From a virus (lineage: Duplodnaviria > Caudoviricetes), in the IMG/VR virus record IMGVR_UViG_3300011339_000106, positions 1,489-65,488 of that record: a stretch of 64,000 nt of DNA; one strand, given 5' to 3'. The first letter of the stretch is position 1; each line of letters opens with the position of its first letter. The notes beneath the pieces were generated by a model. That model was not told where the DNA came from, did not search any database, and was given only the letters and a program-made list of their open reading frames with translations. Of this stretch, positions 63,601 to 64,000 are shown piece by piece. The translations under genes were made by a program, and so were the position numbers.

Positions 63601-64000
63601 TTAACCTCTCAGAATTCTCAACAGATCATCTTCTGTTGTAGGTGTTTCGGCAAGTAGCGAACCAAAAGGACTGTCGGGCATATCAACAAGTTTCTGCGCC
63701 GCTTCCCGCTGTTGCTGAGGCGTCCCCATGAATCCCAATGCAAAGAGGAGCAACGCATCATACGTTGGCCGTGCAGGTGGAGGTGGCGGAGGTGGCGGTG
63801 GCGGAGGTGGCGGAGGTGGCGGAGGTGGCGGAGGTGGCGGAGGCGGAGGTGGCGGTGGCGGTGGCGGTGGCGGTGGGGGTGGCGGTGGCGGTGGCGGCGT
63901 TACAACTACCGGAGGCCTTGGCGGGGGCTCAACAACTTCAGGCGTCTCGGTAGGCGGTATTACGGCGGTGTCTACAGGAGTCGGGGCAGGGGCAGGAACA
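63601..64000 (-). CDS. C-terminal end of a Pro-rich protein containing 41 consecutive prolines (partial)
   Basis: Open from 64000 to TAA at 63601-63603: ...VVT(P41)ARPTYDALLLFALGFMG...LLRILRG; stop sits just before the next ATG at 63598. Confidence 0.8.
   Translation of the reverse strand, partial: VPAPAPTPVDTAVIPPTETPEVVEPPPRPPVVVTPPPPPPPPPPPPPPPPPPPPPPPPPPPPPPPPPPPPPPPPPARPTYDALLLFALGFMGTPQQQREAAQKLVDMPDSPFGSLLAETPTTEDDLLRILRG

Larger units (their letters stand above)
1..64000. mobile_element. Tailed dsDNA bacteriophage genome (podovirus-like, apparently lytic), near-complete
   Basis: TerL, portal, major capsid, tail fibre, lysozyme, PolA, helicase and primase all present in two divergent arms; no host housekeeping genes and no integrase recognised. 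Confidence 0.97.

Noticed and set aside
63738-63953. Plus-strand VAEVA or poly-Gly reading of the GGC/GGT tract
   Set aside because: The minus-strand poly-Pro frame continues into normal protein sequence and stops just before the next gene, matching operon direction

Overview
The whole window is a large part (probably most) of a lytic dsDNA tailed-phage genome with a podovirus-like, P22-type portal, GC-rich coding and no integrase or tRNA that I could see. A freshwater/soil proteobacterial host is only an inference. There are two divergent arms. The minus-strand arm (28.1 kb down to 1, and 64 kb down to 52 kb) carries the morphogenesis genes: TerS/TerL, portal, GroES, scaffold, major capsid, adaptors, tail and fibre proteins, lysis genes and ejection proteins including a 2244-aa polyvalent protein. 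The plus-strand arm (28.5-52 kb) carries early accessory genes and the replication module: PolA, SNF2 helicase, PD-(D/E)XK nuclease, SSB-like protein and primase-helicase. The gene cut at position 1 and the gene fragment ending at 63601 share strand and character, which suggests a circular or permuted contig. The genome is heavily invaded by homing endonucleases. The strongest oddity is a 298-aa intein in DNA polymerase whose homing endonuclease (HNH) is not in the intein frame but overprinted in a different frame inside the intein, with both frames open. Other notable items: five GGGGACA-N3-TGTCCCC palindromes in front of early genes, a pseudoknot-capable 170-nt intergenic RNA candidate, an A17 tract splitting a GIY-YIG gene, duplicated VRR-NUC genes flanking an HNH, a recurrent aromatic-A-x-GG motif in internal proteins, an ejection protein with matched 15-aa and 29-aa repeat arrays, and a run of 41 consecutive prolines. 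Family assignments come from motif recognition, not database searches.
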